Shown: piece after piece, positions 33,655 through 42,345 of the stretch
How the letters are laid out: the number at the start of each line of letters is the position of its first letter
Numbering within the stretch: position 1 is the stretch's first letter
Assembly (NCBI RefSeq): GCF_056746865.1
Contig: NZ_CM163382.1
Reading direction: 5' to 3' (one strand)
Length of the DNA: 64,000 nt
Notes under the pieces: model-generated
Databases searched by the model: none
The model's input: only the letters and a program-made list of their open reading frames with translations
What the model was told of the DNA's origin: nothing
Made by a program: the position numbers and the translations under genes

Positions 33655-34365
33655 ATGACCATTGAAACACTGCGCGGGCGCTATCGCCTGCATCGTTTCC
33701 CGCCGCGCCAGCGTGCGGTGACCGGAGAACCGCTCACCGCCAGCATCAGCGCCGCCGATTACCAGCGCCAGTTGATGGACGGTTTTCAGGAAGGGCTGCA
33801 AAAAGGCTTTGCTCAGGGAATGACCGAAGGCCAAGAGCAGGGCTTTAGCGAAGGTCATCAGCAAGGTTTTGCCGAGGGGCGACGCCAGGGTTACACCGAA
33901 GGCAGCCTCGCCGGGCAGCAGGAAGGGCGCAAACAGTTTGTTGAGGCGGCGCAGCCGCTGGAAGCTATAAGCGGAAAAGTGAACGACTTTCTCGCCCATA
34001 TCGAACGTAAACAGCGGGAAGATTTGCTGCAACTGGTGGAAAAAGTCACCCGCCAGGTGATCCGCTGCGAACTGGCGCTGCAACCGACGCAGTTGCTGGC
34101 GCTGGTGGAAGAGGCACTGGCGGCCTTCCCGGCGATGCCGGAGACCCTGCAAGTGATGCTGAGTACGGAAGAGTTTAACCGCCTGCGCGACGCGGTGCCG
34201 GAAAAGGTCAGCGAATGGGGGCTGACGCCTTCGCCGGATCTGCCGCCGGGCGAATGCCGGGTCATTACCGATAAATCTGAACTGGATATCGGCTGCGAGC
34301 ACCGCCTTGAACAGTGCATGACCGCGCTGAAAGAAACACTCACGCCGGAGTCGCAGGGTGAGTGA
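33655..34365 (+). CDS. lfiH: Flagellar export ATPase regulator FliH homolog
   Basis: 236-aa ORF with FliH-like repeats (…QGF.EGH.QGF.EG…). Confidence 0.8.
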   Translation: MTIETLRGRYRLHRFPPRQRAVTGEPLTASISAADYQRQLMDGFQEGLQKGFAQGMTEGQEQGFSEGHQQGFAEGRRQGYTEGSLAGQQEGRKQFVEAAQPLEAISGKVNDFLAHIERKQREDLLQLVEKVTRQVIRCELALQPTQLLALVEEALAAFPAMPETLQVMLSTEEFNRLRDAVPEKVSEWGLTPSPDLPPGECRVITDKSELDIGCEHRLEQCMTALKETLTPESQGE

Positions 34366-35695
34366 TTTTTCCGCTTTCGATAACGCCCTGCGCTCGCTGG
34401 AGTCGATCCCGCTGGCCCGCGTCGCCGGGCGGCTGGTGCGTCTGAACGGCATTCTGCTGGAGAGCGTCGGCTGCCCGCTAATGACCGGGCAACTGTGCCG
34501 CATCGAAAGCGCCAATCACACGCTGATCGACGCGCAGGCAGTGGGCTTTAATCGCGACATCACCTACTTAATGCCGTTTAAACAGCCGGTCGGCCTGATG
34601 GCAGGCGCACGCGTCTTCCCGGAAGAAAAAGCCCACGACATCCTGATTGGCGAAAGCTGGTTAGGCCGCGTGGTTAACGGTCTCGGCGAACCGCTGGATG
34701 GCAAAGGCCGCCTGAACGGTAACGACCTTCTGCCGCCGCTGCCACCCTCAGTCAATCCCTTAACCCGCCGTTCAGTGGACGAACCGCTAGACGTGGGCGT
34801 GAAAGCGATTAACGGCCTGCTGACCATCGGCAAAGGCCAGCGTGTCGGGCTGATGGCGGGCAGCGGCGTCGGGAAAAGCGTGCTGCTGGGGATGATCACC
34901 CGCCAGACCAAAGCCGACATTGTGGTGGTCGGGTTGATTGGCGAACGCGGGCGCGAAGTAAAAGAGTTTATCGACCACTCGCTGGGCGCGGACGGGCTGG
35001 CAAAGTCTATCGTCGTCGTCGCACCCGCCGATGAATCGCCGCTAATGCGACTGAAAGCCACCGAACTGTGCCACTCCATCGCCGCCTGGTTTCGCGACCG
35101 CGGGCATCACGTCTTACTGCTGGTGGATTCCCTGACCCGCTACGCGATGGCTCAGCGGGAAATTGCTCTCTCGCTCGGCGAACCACCCGCCACCAAAGGC
35201 TATCCGCCATCGGCATTCGGCATGATCCCCAAACTGGTCGAGAGCGCAGGCAACAGCGAAAGCGCGGGATCGATGACCGCTATCTACACCGTGCTGGCGG
35301 AAGGCGACGACCAGCAAGATCCGATTGTCGACTGCGCCCGTGCGGTGCTGGACGGGCATATCGTATTAACCCGCAAGCTGGCGGAAGCGGGGCATTATCC
35401 GGCCATTGATATCGGCCAGTCGATCAGCCGCTGCATGAACCAGGTGACCAGCCTGGATCATCAGCAATCTGCCCGCGCGTTAAAGCAAAACTACGCCGCC
35501 TATATGGAGATCAAACCGCTGATCCCACTCGGCGGCTACGTGGCAGGTGCCGACGCCAGCGTCGACAAAGCGGTGAAAATGTTCCCGGCTATCGAGCGAT
35601 TTTTGCGCCAGGATATGCGCGAACCCGCCGCCCTGGAACTGGTGCAAAGCCGCCTGCAAATCCTCTTTCCTGGTGTCAAAAAGGCAGAACAGTAA
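34358..35695 (+). CDS. lfiI: Flagellum-specific ATPase FliI homolog
   Basis: 445-aa ORF with Walker A GSGVGKS. Confidence 0.9.
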   Translation: MSDFSAFDNALRSLESIPLARVAGRLVRLNGILLESVGCPLMTGQLCRIESANHTLIDAQAVGFNRDITYLMPFKQPVGLMAGARVFPEEKAHDILIGESWLGRVVNGLGEPLDGKGRLNGNDLLPPLPPSVNPLTRRSVDEPLDVGVKAINGLLTIGKGQRVGLMAGSGVGKSVLLGMITRQTKADIVVVGLIGERGREVKEFIDHSLGADGLAKSIVVVAPADESPLMRLKATELCHSIAAWFRDRGHHVLLLVDSLTRYAMAQREIALSLGEPPATKGYPPSAFGMIPKLVESAGNSESAGSMTAIYTVLAEGDDQQDPIVDCARAVLDGHIVLTRKLAEAGHYPAIDIGQSISRCMNQVTSLDHQQSARALKQNYAAYMEIKPLIPLGGYVAGADASVDKAVKMFPAIERFLRQDMREPAALELVQSRLQILFPGVKKAEQ

Positions 35696-35697
35696 CT

Positions 35698-36132
35698 ATG
35701 CGACAAATCATCGACACCCTGGCGCAGTTGCAGCGCCTGCGGGATAAATCGGTCAAAGACAAAACCGTCGAGCTGGCAAAGCAAAAACAGATTTGTGCGG
35801 GCTATGACAACAATATCAAAGCATTAGGCTACCTGGTGGAGAAAACGTCTGCAGGCGCGGCGGCCTCGGTGGAATCGCTGAAAAACGTTAGCGGCTACAA
35901 AGGCACCCTGCGCAAGGTGATCGCCTGGCAGGAGCAGGAAAAAACGCTGGCCGACATCAAAGCCACGCGAATGCAGAAAAACCTGACGGCGGCGGCGTGC
36001 GAAGAGAAAGTGGTGGCCCTGACGCTGGACGACAAACGCCGCGAGCAGCAGGAAAGCGCCACCGCGAAAGCGCAGAAAGCGGTGGATGACATCGCCGTTC
36101 AGTGCTGGCTGCGGCATAAGTTAGCGGAGTAA
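35698..36132 (+). CDS. lfiJ: Flagellar export protein FliJ homolog
   Basis: 144-aa coiled-coil ORF directly after fliI. Confidence 0.75.
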   Translation: MRQIIDTLAQLQRLRDKSVKDKTVELAKQKQICAGYDNNIKALGYLVEKTSAGAAASVESLKNVSGYKGTLRKVIAWQEQEKTLADIKATRMQKNLTAAACEEKVVALTLDDKRREQQESATAKAQKAVDDIAVQCWLRHKLAE

Positions 36133-36134
36133 CC

Positions 36135-36539
36135 ATGAAAACGGTCATCACCTTCGGCACCTTTGATGTGTTTCACGTCGGTCATCTGCGCCTTTTACAA
36201 CGCGCCCGCAAGCTGGGCGAGCGGCTGCTGGTCGGCGTATCGTCCGACGCCCTGAACATCGCCAAAAAGGGCAGGGCACCGGTTTACCATCAGGATGACC
36301 GCATGGCGATTATCGCCGGTCTGGCGTGCGTGGATGGCGTTTTTCTGGAGGAATCGCTGGAGCAGAAAGCGGAGTATTTGCGGGGGTACGGTGCGGATAT
36401 TTTGGTGATGGGCGATGACTGGGCGGGGAAGTTTGACGATTTCTCGTGTGTCTGTGAGGTGGTCTATTTTCCCCGTACGCCATCGGTATCGACGACGGGG
36501 ATCATTGAGGTGATTAGGGGTAAATCAGCCACCTACTGA
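36135..36539 (+). CDS. Glycerol-3-phosphate cytidylyltransferase-like protein (TagD family)
   Basis: 134-aa ORF MKTVITFGTFDVFHVGHLRLLQRARKLG…VMGDDWAGKFD…EVVYFPRTPSVSTTGI; TagD hallmarks (HxGH, MGDDW.GKFD, RT.G.STT). Starts 3 bp after fliJ. Confidence 0.8.
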   Translation: MKTVITFGTFDVFHVGHLRLLQRARKLGERLLVGVSSDALNIAKKGRAPVYHQDDRMAIIAGLACVDGVFLEESLEQKAEYLRGYGADILVMGDDWAGKFDDFSCVCEVVYFPRTPSVSTTGIIEVIRGKSATY

Positions 36540-36594
36540 TTTAATTCCCGCGGTGAGAGAAGATGATGCCGTCTGCCGTTTGGCTATGTTAAAT

Positions 36595-36698
36595 ATGTTT
36601 AAAAAATCGCGTTTTTTCGACATATCCCCAAAACATGTCGATGGCATAAACGTATTCCAACGACATGTTTAAAAATCGCATTTTATCGACATATCCCT
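36595..36698. repeat. Two copies of a ~35-bp direct repeat between convergent genes
   Basis: atgtttaaaaaatcgcgttttttcgacatatcccc (36595..36629) and atgtttaaaaatcgcattttatcgacatatccc (36665..36698). Confidence 0.6.
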
Positions 36699-39154
36699 GA
36701 CGATTCCTTGCCCGCCAGCGCCTCCACAATCACCATCGCCGCCCGTTCTCCCGCCTTGCCATCCATAAACGCATCGCAATAGTGATGACGAATCTCCTTA
36801 AGCCGCGCCAGCAACGCACCCCAGTCAAACGCCTCTGACAACAAATAACGCAGTTCCGCAACATCATGAGCCACCGGCAATATTTCGCGGATTTGCTGGT
36901 CGGCGCTTTCGGGCGTGGAGTAACTTTTCTCACCGTCGAGCAACGCTGCCATTTCCGGAAAGTCGAGCAGGATTACCCGCTTATCAACGTGGATAGCATC
37001 GAAAATAAAGCCGCTGTTATCGGTCAGCACGTAATCGGCCTTTGCCAGTAGCGCCAGCGTGTGGTGGACGGAGTCGGTGCGCTGTTTTAAGTGCCTGCGC
37101 GCCAGGGCCAGCGATGCAGCTTCTTCCGGGCGCGAGCAGGTGCCGTGGTGCAGTTTGCAAATCAGATTCACATTGCCACTTAAGCGCCCCAATTTTTCTG
37201 CCCAGTGGGGCAGGGAGCTTAATGCGCCAAACGTGGGGGCGTAGAGCACCGTAGGTTTACGGGAATCGGGTTGAATATTTTCTGGCAGAATGCGGTCAAA
37301 CGTGCCGTTATGCCAGGCGTCGAAGCGCGGGTTGCCGACTGCTTTTGCATTGCCGAAATGCGCCAGCGCCCGCTGGCTGTAGTGGCTGTAACACAAAATG
37401 CGTTGATAAAAACGGTTCCAGTCGGCGTGGTTCCACGTCTCTTTGGCTAAGCCATACATGGCGCGAACGTTCACCGCTGCCAGGCCATTGAGCGCGGGCG
37501 TGTGGTAGGGGCTGACCAGGCATTTCACCCGCTGACCGTGTGCCTGCATTTCAGATAAGCGCATTCCTTTGAGCTGCGGATCGTCGATGCTTTTTAGCGT
37601 CTCCAGCATTTCATCCAGAAACGGTTTAAACACGCGGTCGTTGATCACCAGCGTGCAGCCTTGCCCCTGCGCCTGTAGGGCGGTGATGATTGGGCGGTAG
37701 AGCGCGTAATGGAAAGAAGTTTCCATAAAAAAGCCGATGGTGTCGGCGATGGGTAACGCGGATGGCTTTGTGATAGCAGGTAACTTATTGAAATAGTGAG
37801 CAATATTATCAGTCATTTTTTTCTCGATATCGCTAAAGCCTGGTCGCTGATAACTAAGGCTCGGGTAACAGGCCAGCCATTTGTCGGCGCGTAGCAGCGG
37901 CTGCCAGCCGTCTTCCAGCGAATGCTCATCGTTGCTCATCTGCTGCGCCAGTTGCGGGTAGTAGCGGCGGTTCACCAGATAAGCGCATACCTTGCGGCAG
38001 TCCCGCGCGTGCACCAGCCCCGGCAAACTTTTTAGCATCGTTCCCTGCGAAATTTCGCCGCCGAGGATCATCACCTGCCAGGGAATTTTCGCCAGGCTCG
38101 CCAGCAGCGTGTTCAGCACCTGAATATGTTTCTCCTGCTTGAGAATAACCGCGTCATCTTCCAGCAGCAGATAGTTTTGCCAGCCGTGCTGTTGCGCCAG
38201 GCGCAGCGCCTGCAAGTGCGACTGACGTCGTCCCCGTTGGCCGTTTTGATCTTCACTGGCGGCAAGGCGGGTGATCTTCTCAGGTGGAATATGCAGCAAT
38301 GCCAGTTCTTCACGGATCTGTTGTAAGCGATCCGGGCGTTTATCCAGATTCACAACAACTACCTGATCGATCGTCTGATGGTTGATCCCTTGGTGATGAG
38401 TGGCGTTATGTAGACTCAGATAAGCATTGCGCAGCAGCGGATCGCTGACGATATCTGTAAGCGCCGCGTTTACAGGCGTGCTGGCCCCGAGAATAAAGTC
38501 TTTATCAAAGGTGTTGTGGCTGTGCGAGATACACAGAATCGTGCGCTCGCCGGGCAGTTGTAGCGGGTTAACGCTGAAATTGTCGGTGAAACTTTTCTCT
38601 TCGCCTAAATTGCAATCATCGTCGTAACGGTGCTTTTTCAGGTAGTTACGGTGATAGCAAAAGGTGCCGTTGAGGATGTTATGTGGGCCAAAGCTGCGGC
38701 TTTGAAAGATGCGATTGATGTGGCTGTACCAGATGGGGATCTGGTCGGAGCCGGAGATGAGCGCCCGGTGTTTTTGCATCTTGGCGATGGTCCAGGAGAT
38801 TTTATCTGCCGGGTAGTAGTCGTCATCGTCCATGCAGAGGATGTATTCGCCGCGCGCCAGTTCGTTGAGCATATTGCGTTTTTTGCCCAGCGGCAGTTTT
38901 TCCGGGTGATGAATATAGCGGATGTTAAAGGCTTCCGGCGTGCCATTGGTCAGGCGGTCGATGATGTGTTGATGGCTTTGCGGGGAATCGTCGAGGATGA
39001 TGAGTTCGCGGCGGTCTGCCGGGTAGTCCTGATAGCGGTACATATAAAGCAGGTACGGCAGGAATGCGCTGCGGTTCCAGGTTGGCGTGACGACGCTGAT
39101 GAACGGTTTTTCGCGCTGGGTGGCGAGTGTTTTGATAATGGTTGGTGTTGGCAT
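36683..39154 (-). CDS. Multidomain transferase: GT2 + GT25-like + TagF-like CDP-glycerol glycerophosphotransferase
   Basis: ORF 36683..39226; start taken at MPTPTIIKTL (39154) because the upstream extension translates a GC-rich repeat. N-term GT2 (VVTPTWNR…ILDDSP…MDDDDYY), middle GT25-like (VVVNLDKRPDRL), C-term TagF-like (VLYAPTFG…KLHHG…LTDNSGFIFDA). Confidence 0.75.
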   Translation of the reverse strand: MPTPTIIKTLATQREKPFISVVTPTWNRSAFLPYLLYMYRYQDYPADRRELIILDDSPQSHQHIIDRLTNGTPEAFNIRYIHHPEKLPLGKKRNMLNELARGEYILCMDDDDYYPADKISWTIAKMQKHRALISGSDQIPIWYSHINRIFQSRSFGPHNILNGTFCYHRNYLKKHRYDDDCNLGEEKSFTDNFSVNPLQLPGERTILCISHSHNTFDKDFILGASTPVNAALTDIVSDPLLRNAYLSLHNATHHQGINHQTIDQVVVVNLDKRPDRLQQIREELALLHIPPEKITRLAASEDQNGQRGRRQSHLQALRLAQQHGWQNYLLLEDDAVILKQEKHIQVLNTLLASLAKIPWQVMILGGEISQGTMLKSLPGLVHARDCRKVCAYLVNRRYYPQLAQQMSNDEHSLEDGWQPLLRADKWLACYPSLSYQRPGFSDIEKKMTDNIAHYFNKLPAITKPSALPIADTIGFFMETSFHYALYRPIITALQAQGQGCTLVINDRVFKPFLDEMLETLKSIDDPQLKGMRLSEMQAHGQRVKCLVSPYHTPALNGLAAVNVRAMYGLAKETWNHADWNRFYQRILCYSHYSQRALAHFGNAKAVGNPRFDAWHNGTFDRILPENIQPDSRKPTVLYAPTFGALSSLPHWAEKLGRLSGNVNLICKLHHGTCSRPEEAASLALARRHLKQRTDSVHHTLALLAKADYVLTDNSGFIFDAIHVDKRVILLDFPEMAALLDGEKSYSTPESADQQIREILPVAHDVAELRYLLSEAFDWGALLARLKEIRHHYCDAFMDGKAGERAAMVIVEALAGKESSGICR

Positions 39155-39197
39155 GGTGTTTGGGTGAGTTAATGGGTGAATGTGATGAATGTGCGTG

Positions 39198-39315
39198 CTG
39201 ATGCCCTCACCCCGACCCTCTCCCACAGGGAGAGGGAGAAAACCAGCGCTGATTTTAACACCGTGCTCGATCGGTTCCCTCGCCCCTTTGGGGAGAGGGG
39301 TAGGGGGAGGGGAAA
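39198..39315. repeat. GC-rich palindromic intergenic repeat (boxC-like; name uncertain)
   Basis: ctgatgccctcaccccgaccctctcccacagggagaggg … cccctttggggagaggggtagggggagggg; related copy at 46549..46668. Confidence 0.6.
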
Positions 39316-39332
39316 AGCGCGCACAGAGCGAC

Positions 39333-40262
39333 TCACGTCAGCAGCGAAAACGCTGAAAGCAGCGGCTCTGCCGCACATAACGACTGAATTTGCTGGCGAA
39401 TCGACGCAGCATTTTCACTCTCTCGCCAGCGTTCAAACACCGCAAAAAGGGCGAAAATATCCTCCTGTCGCAGCGGTGAACCATCCAGCGTCCATAAACT
39501 GATTAACGTGCGGATAAGATAAAAATCGCACACCAGCGGGCAATAATCTGCTCCGTCTGCCTGCCCAATCACCTCATGGTAAACGCGGTAAATCAGCCAG
39601 TTACGCATCATCCAGGGCGCGGTAGCAAAATGCTGTTGCCAGGTGGTTTGCCACTGTGCCTGAAGCTGATGTTGTAACAGGGCTTCGCTGTTGGCGTCAT
39701 GTAGCGCCAGCAAAGGCATCTGCAACGGCAGCGAAGTTTTGCGCGGGCTTTCCGGCAAAATCGACCAGTCAAACGCACAACTGCCGAGCAGCGTCATCAA
39801 CTGGCGCGCCAGTTGTGGCACGGGCGGCAACTGGGCGAACTGTGCCTGTAGCGTGCCTTTTTTCGCATGATCGGCCAGCGCCTGCGGCAGCGTCGTCAAA
39901 CGGGCAAGAATATCTCCGTCTCTGCCCGGCATTTTACTGGCGCGGGAGAGTAAAATCCCGATGGCATACAGGGAAAGCTCTGGGGTTAAATCGGGGAGCG
40001 TGAGGGTACTCAAAATCACCTGGTTTACTATCGCATCGCGCGCGGAAAGCTCTGCGGCATTTTCTTCCACAGGACGGTAGGTGAGCTGTAAATCAAAGGC
40101 CCTGGCATCGTTGAGTACCGCTTCGCAGCTGGCTGGCTCTGTCAGCATCAGGCTCTGGCGAATCTCGTTTTTCCACACCTTGCGGATGTACAAAGGCGAA
40201 TCGGGATATTGCGTCATAAAATTGCGCACGTATTCCGGTTCGTAACATTCAATAAAACTCAT
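39333..40262 (-). CDS. Hypothetical protein in the lfgA–lfgM–lfgN transcription unit
   Basis: ORF 39333..40301; probable start MSFIECYEPEYV at 40262 preceded by GGAAG. No recognisable motif. Confidence 0.45.
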   Translation of the reverse strand: MSFIECYEPEYVRNFMTQYPDSPLYIRKVWKNEIRQSLMLTEPASCEAVLNDARAFDLQLTYRPVEENAAELSARDAIVNQVILSTLTLPDLTPELSLYAIGILLSRASKMPGRDGDILARLTTLPQALADHAKKGTLQAQFAQLPPVPQLARQLMTLLGSCAFDWSILPESPRKTSLPLQMPLLALHDANSEALLQHQLQAQWQTTWQQHFATAPWMMRNWLIYRVYHEVIGQADGADYCPLVCDFYLIRTLISLWTLDGSPLRQEDIFALFAVFERWRESENAASIRQQIQSLCAAEPLLSAFSLLT

Positions 40263-40388
40263 AGGTGGCTTCCAGTCTTTATTACTTTGCGGAATATGCA
40301 ATAAGCGTGCCGGGAATTTTTATAATCAAAAACAAAGGATTGTGAATCAGGCGGAAAATCCGTTTCCGCTATGGGGAAGGTGTTCGCG

Positions 40389-40817
40389 TTATTCCTGATA
40401 CAGAAAATCTGCTTCGTTGCCTAAAAACGACTGGATAAATTCATACTGGCGAATCAACAGATCACCGTTTTTGTCGTTGTAGGTTTTGCAGCGTTCCGCT
40501 TTTTGCTCAAGGCGTTGCCACAACTGTTGTGCTGCCGCTTTTTGTACCGCCGGAAGCCAGGCAAACACCTGCGCCAGACCGTCACGATTTACGCTAACAC
40601 CGAGCATTTTCAGCAGGCTATGCCGCTGATGGCTATGTCCATGCAACTGCTCATAGTGATGGGTTATCTCATCGTTTACCGCCAGCAACTCTTCGCTGGC
40701 GCGGCGAATCATGCAGATCCGCTGACGTTGGAGAAGTTCGCGCAGGGAATCATACAGCGCGTCGTCGTCACGAATTCCCTGCAACAACGCCTTCACCTGT
40801 TGTAACCGGATACTCAC
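40389..40817 (-). CDS. lfgN: Flagellar chaperone FlgN homolog
   Basis: 142-aa helical ORF directly after flgM; FlgN-like. Confidence 0.65.
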   Translation of the reverse strand: MSIRLQQVKALLQGIRDDDALYDSLRELLQRQRICMIRRASEELLAVNDEITHHYEQLHGHSHQRHSLLKMLGVSVNRDGLAQVFAWLPAVQKAAAQQLWQRLEQKAERCKTYNDKNGDLLIRQYEFIQSFLGNEADFLYQE

Positions 40818-40829
40818 TTCATCGGCCTC

Positions 40830-41108
40830 TTAGTTCTGGAAAAAACTCAGCATATCGCTGGCTAACTGTTCGGTGTCCACTTGCAGGCTGCCGGAGGCCA
40901 GCATCGCCTGCATTTGCGCCACTTTATCGCTGTCGATATCGCTCTCTTGCTGGTCGTTCAGTGTTTGCTGGGCAGACTGCAATCCCGCCTGGGTAATGTC
41001 GTCGGCGCTTAGCGTCGTGGCGGTGGTCGCCGTGCTTTTGCGCGACTGGCTGGAGCCTGCCGTTGTGGCTGTCGGGCGATTGCCTGGCATAGTCGGGGTG
41101 ATTTTCAT
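40830..41108 (-). CDS. lfgM: Anti-sigma-28 factor FlgM homolog
   Basis: 92-aa ORF, Ser/Thr-rich N-term and FlgM-like C-terminal helix region. Confidence 0.75.
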   Translation of the reverse strand: MKITPTMPGNRPTATTAGSSQSRKSTATTATTLSADDITQAGLQSAQQTLNDQQESDIDSDKVAQMQAMLASGSLQVDTEQLASDMLSFFQN

Positions 41109-41188
41109 CGCAACCTCGTCTCGGTATTTAGGTGGGTTACTCCAGTAAAGCGGTTAACAGGCGGCAAAACTTTAATCGCCTGCGCAAA

Positions 41189-41926
41189 TTACTCCGCGCT
41201 TACCGTCGTCACCACGCCGCTTTCCGCCACCATCGCGCTGATGACCCGCTGGCTGCTGGCGTTACGCACTTTCACCATCTCGCCTTTGCGACCATTTTTC
41301 AGCGCCACGCCGGGCATCGAGGCGGTGATCCCCGCGCTCTGGTAAACAATCATCACCGGCTGATCGCGTTCGACCAGCACTGGCGAAACCAGCTCTTCTT
41401 TGGTGATGGGCCTGCCCGGTTGCAGCGCGTGTTTACTGCTGAAACCAATCGCGTCATCGGGATCCATCAACACATTGCGGCGCTGGGCGCTGACGTTGTA
41501 GGGCTTCAACTCCACATCATTTGCCGTGAGCGGCGTGTCGCGGGCAACCAGTGACTTCGCCATTACCACCGGCACCAGAACATCCGGGCGCACCGCCACG
41601 TTCATCTGCCAGCTTTGCGGGCAACTGACGGTGAAGTTCATCCGGTTGAGGGTGATTTCCGCAGGCGAAGTGAGCGTGACGCCGGGTGTAGTCGCACAGG
41701 GGGCGGCGGTCGCAATCTGCGAGGGAATATAGACCTTAAAGGTGTAGCGATAGTCATGCCAGCGCCGCTGTTGCGCCAGCGATTCAATTTCCTGGCTCGC
41801 GGCATTTAGCACCTGGGCGTTGACTTGTTCCCGCGCGCTGTGTTGCACGGGGTGGACGGCGGCGTAGCCCGGTAAGGCCAGCACCAGGAGGAAGAACAAC
41901 TTCCGCCTGCAAAATTGAAAACTCAT
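41189..41926 (-). CDS. lfgA: Flagellar P-ring assembly chaperone FlgA homolog
   Basis: 245-aa ORF with signal peptide and FlgA-like C-terminal region. Confidence 0.8.
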   Translation of the reverse strand: MSFQFCRRKLFFLLVLALPGYAAVHPVQHSAREQVNAQVLNAASQEIESLAQQRRWHDYRYTFKVYIPSQIATAAPCATTPGVTLTSPAEITLNRMNFTVSCPQSWQMNVAVRPDVLVPVVMAKSLVARDTPLTANDVELKPYNVSAQRRNVLMDPDDAIGFSSKHALQPGRPITKEELVSPVLVERDQPVMIVYQSAGITASMPGVALKNGRKGEMVKVRNASSQRVISAMVAESGVVTTVSAE

Positions 41927-41955
41927 AAACCCTTTCTCATCAGTGACTTAAAAAA

Positions 41956-41971
41956 TGGCACGGCGATTGCT
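41956..41971 (+). promoter_or_regulatory. Sigma-54 (-24/-12) promoter upstream of lfgB
   Basis: TGGCAC GGCGA TTGCT, exact TGGCAC-N5-TTGC match, about 37 bp upstream of the lfgB ATG. Confidence 0.7.
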
Positions 41972-42007
41972 TAGCGTATGCGGATTGAAGCAGGAGTGAC
42001 GCAGGAA

Positions 42008-42343
42008 ATGGGGATCAGTTTTCAACAGGCATTGGGAGTGCATCCGCAGGCAGTGAAGTTACGTCTTGAGAGGACCGAGCTACTGACTGCGAATCTGGCG
42101 AACGTCGATACGCCAAATTTCAAGGCTAAAGATATTGATTTTGCCAGGGAGATGCAACGGGCAAATAACGCGGCGGTGGATGTCCAGTACCGCGTACCGA
42201 TGCAGCCGTCAGAAGATGGCAACACCGTGGAACTGAACAGCGAACAGGCACGGTTTTCACAAAATAGTATGGATTATCAAAGCAGTCTGACCTTTCTGAA
42301 TCTGCAAATCAGCGGCATCAGAGAGGGCATTGAAGGGAAATAA
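42008..42343 (+). CDS. lfgB: Flagellar rod protein FlgB homolog
   Basis: ORF 41978..42343; start placed at MGISFQQ… (42008) because the sigma-54 promoter predicts transcription starting near 41983. Confidence 0.75.
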   Translation: MGISFQQALGVHPQAVKLRLERTELLTANLANVDTPNFKAKDIDFAREMQRANNAAVDVQYRVPMQPSEDGNTVELNSEQARFSQNSMDYQSSLTFLNLQISGIREGIEGK

Positions 42344-42345
42344 GC

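Noticed and set aside
39155-39226. N-terminal extension MGEGRGEGISTHIHHIHPLTHPNT of the transferase ORF
   Set aside because: It is the translation of the GC-rich palindromic repeat; the real start is most likely the ATG at 39154 (MPTPTIIKTL).
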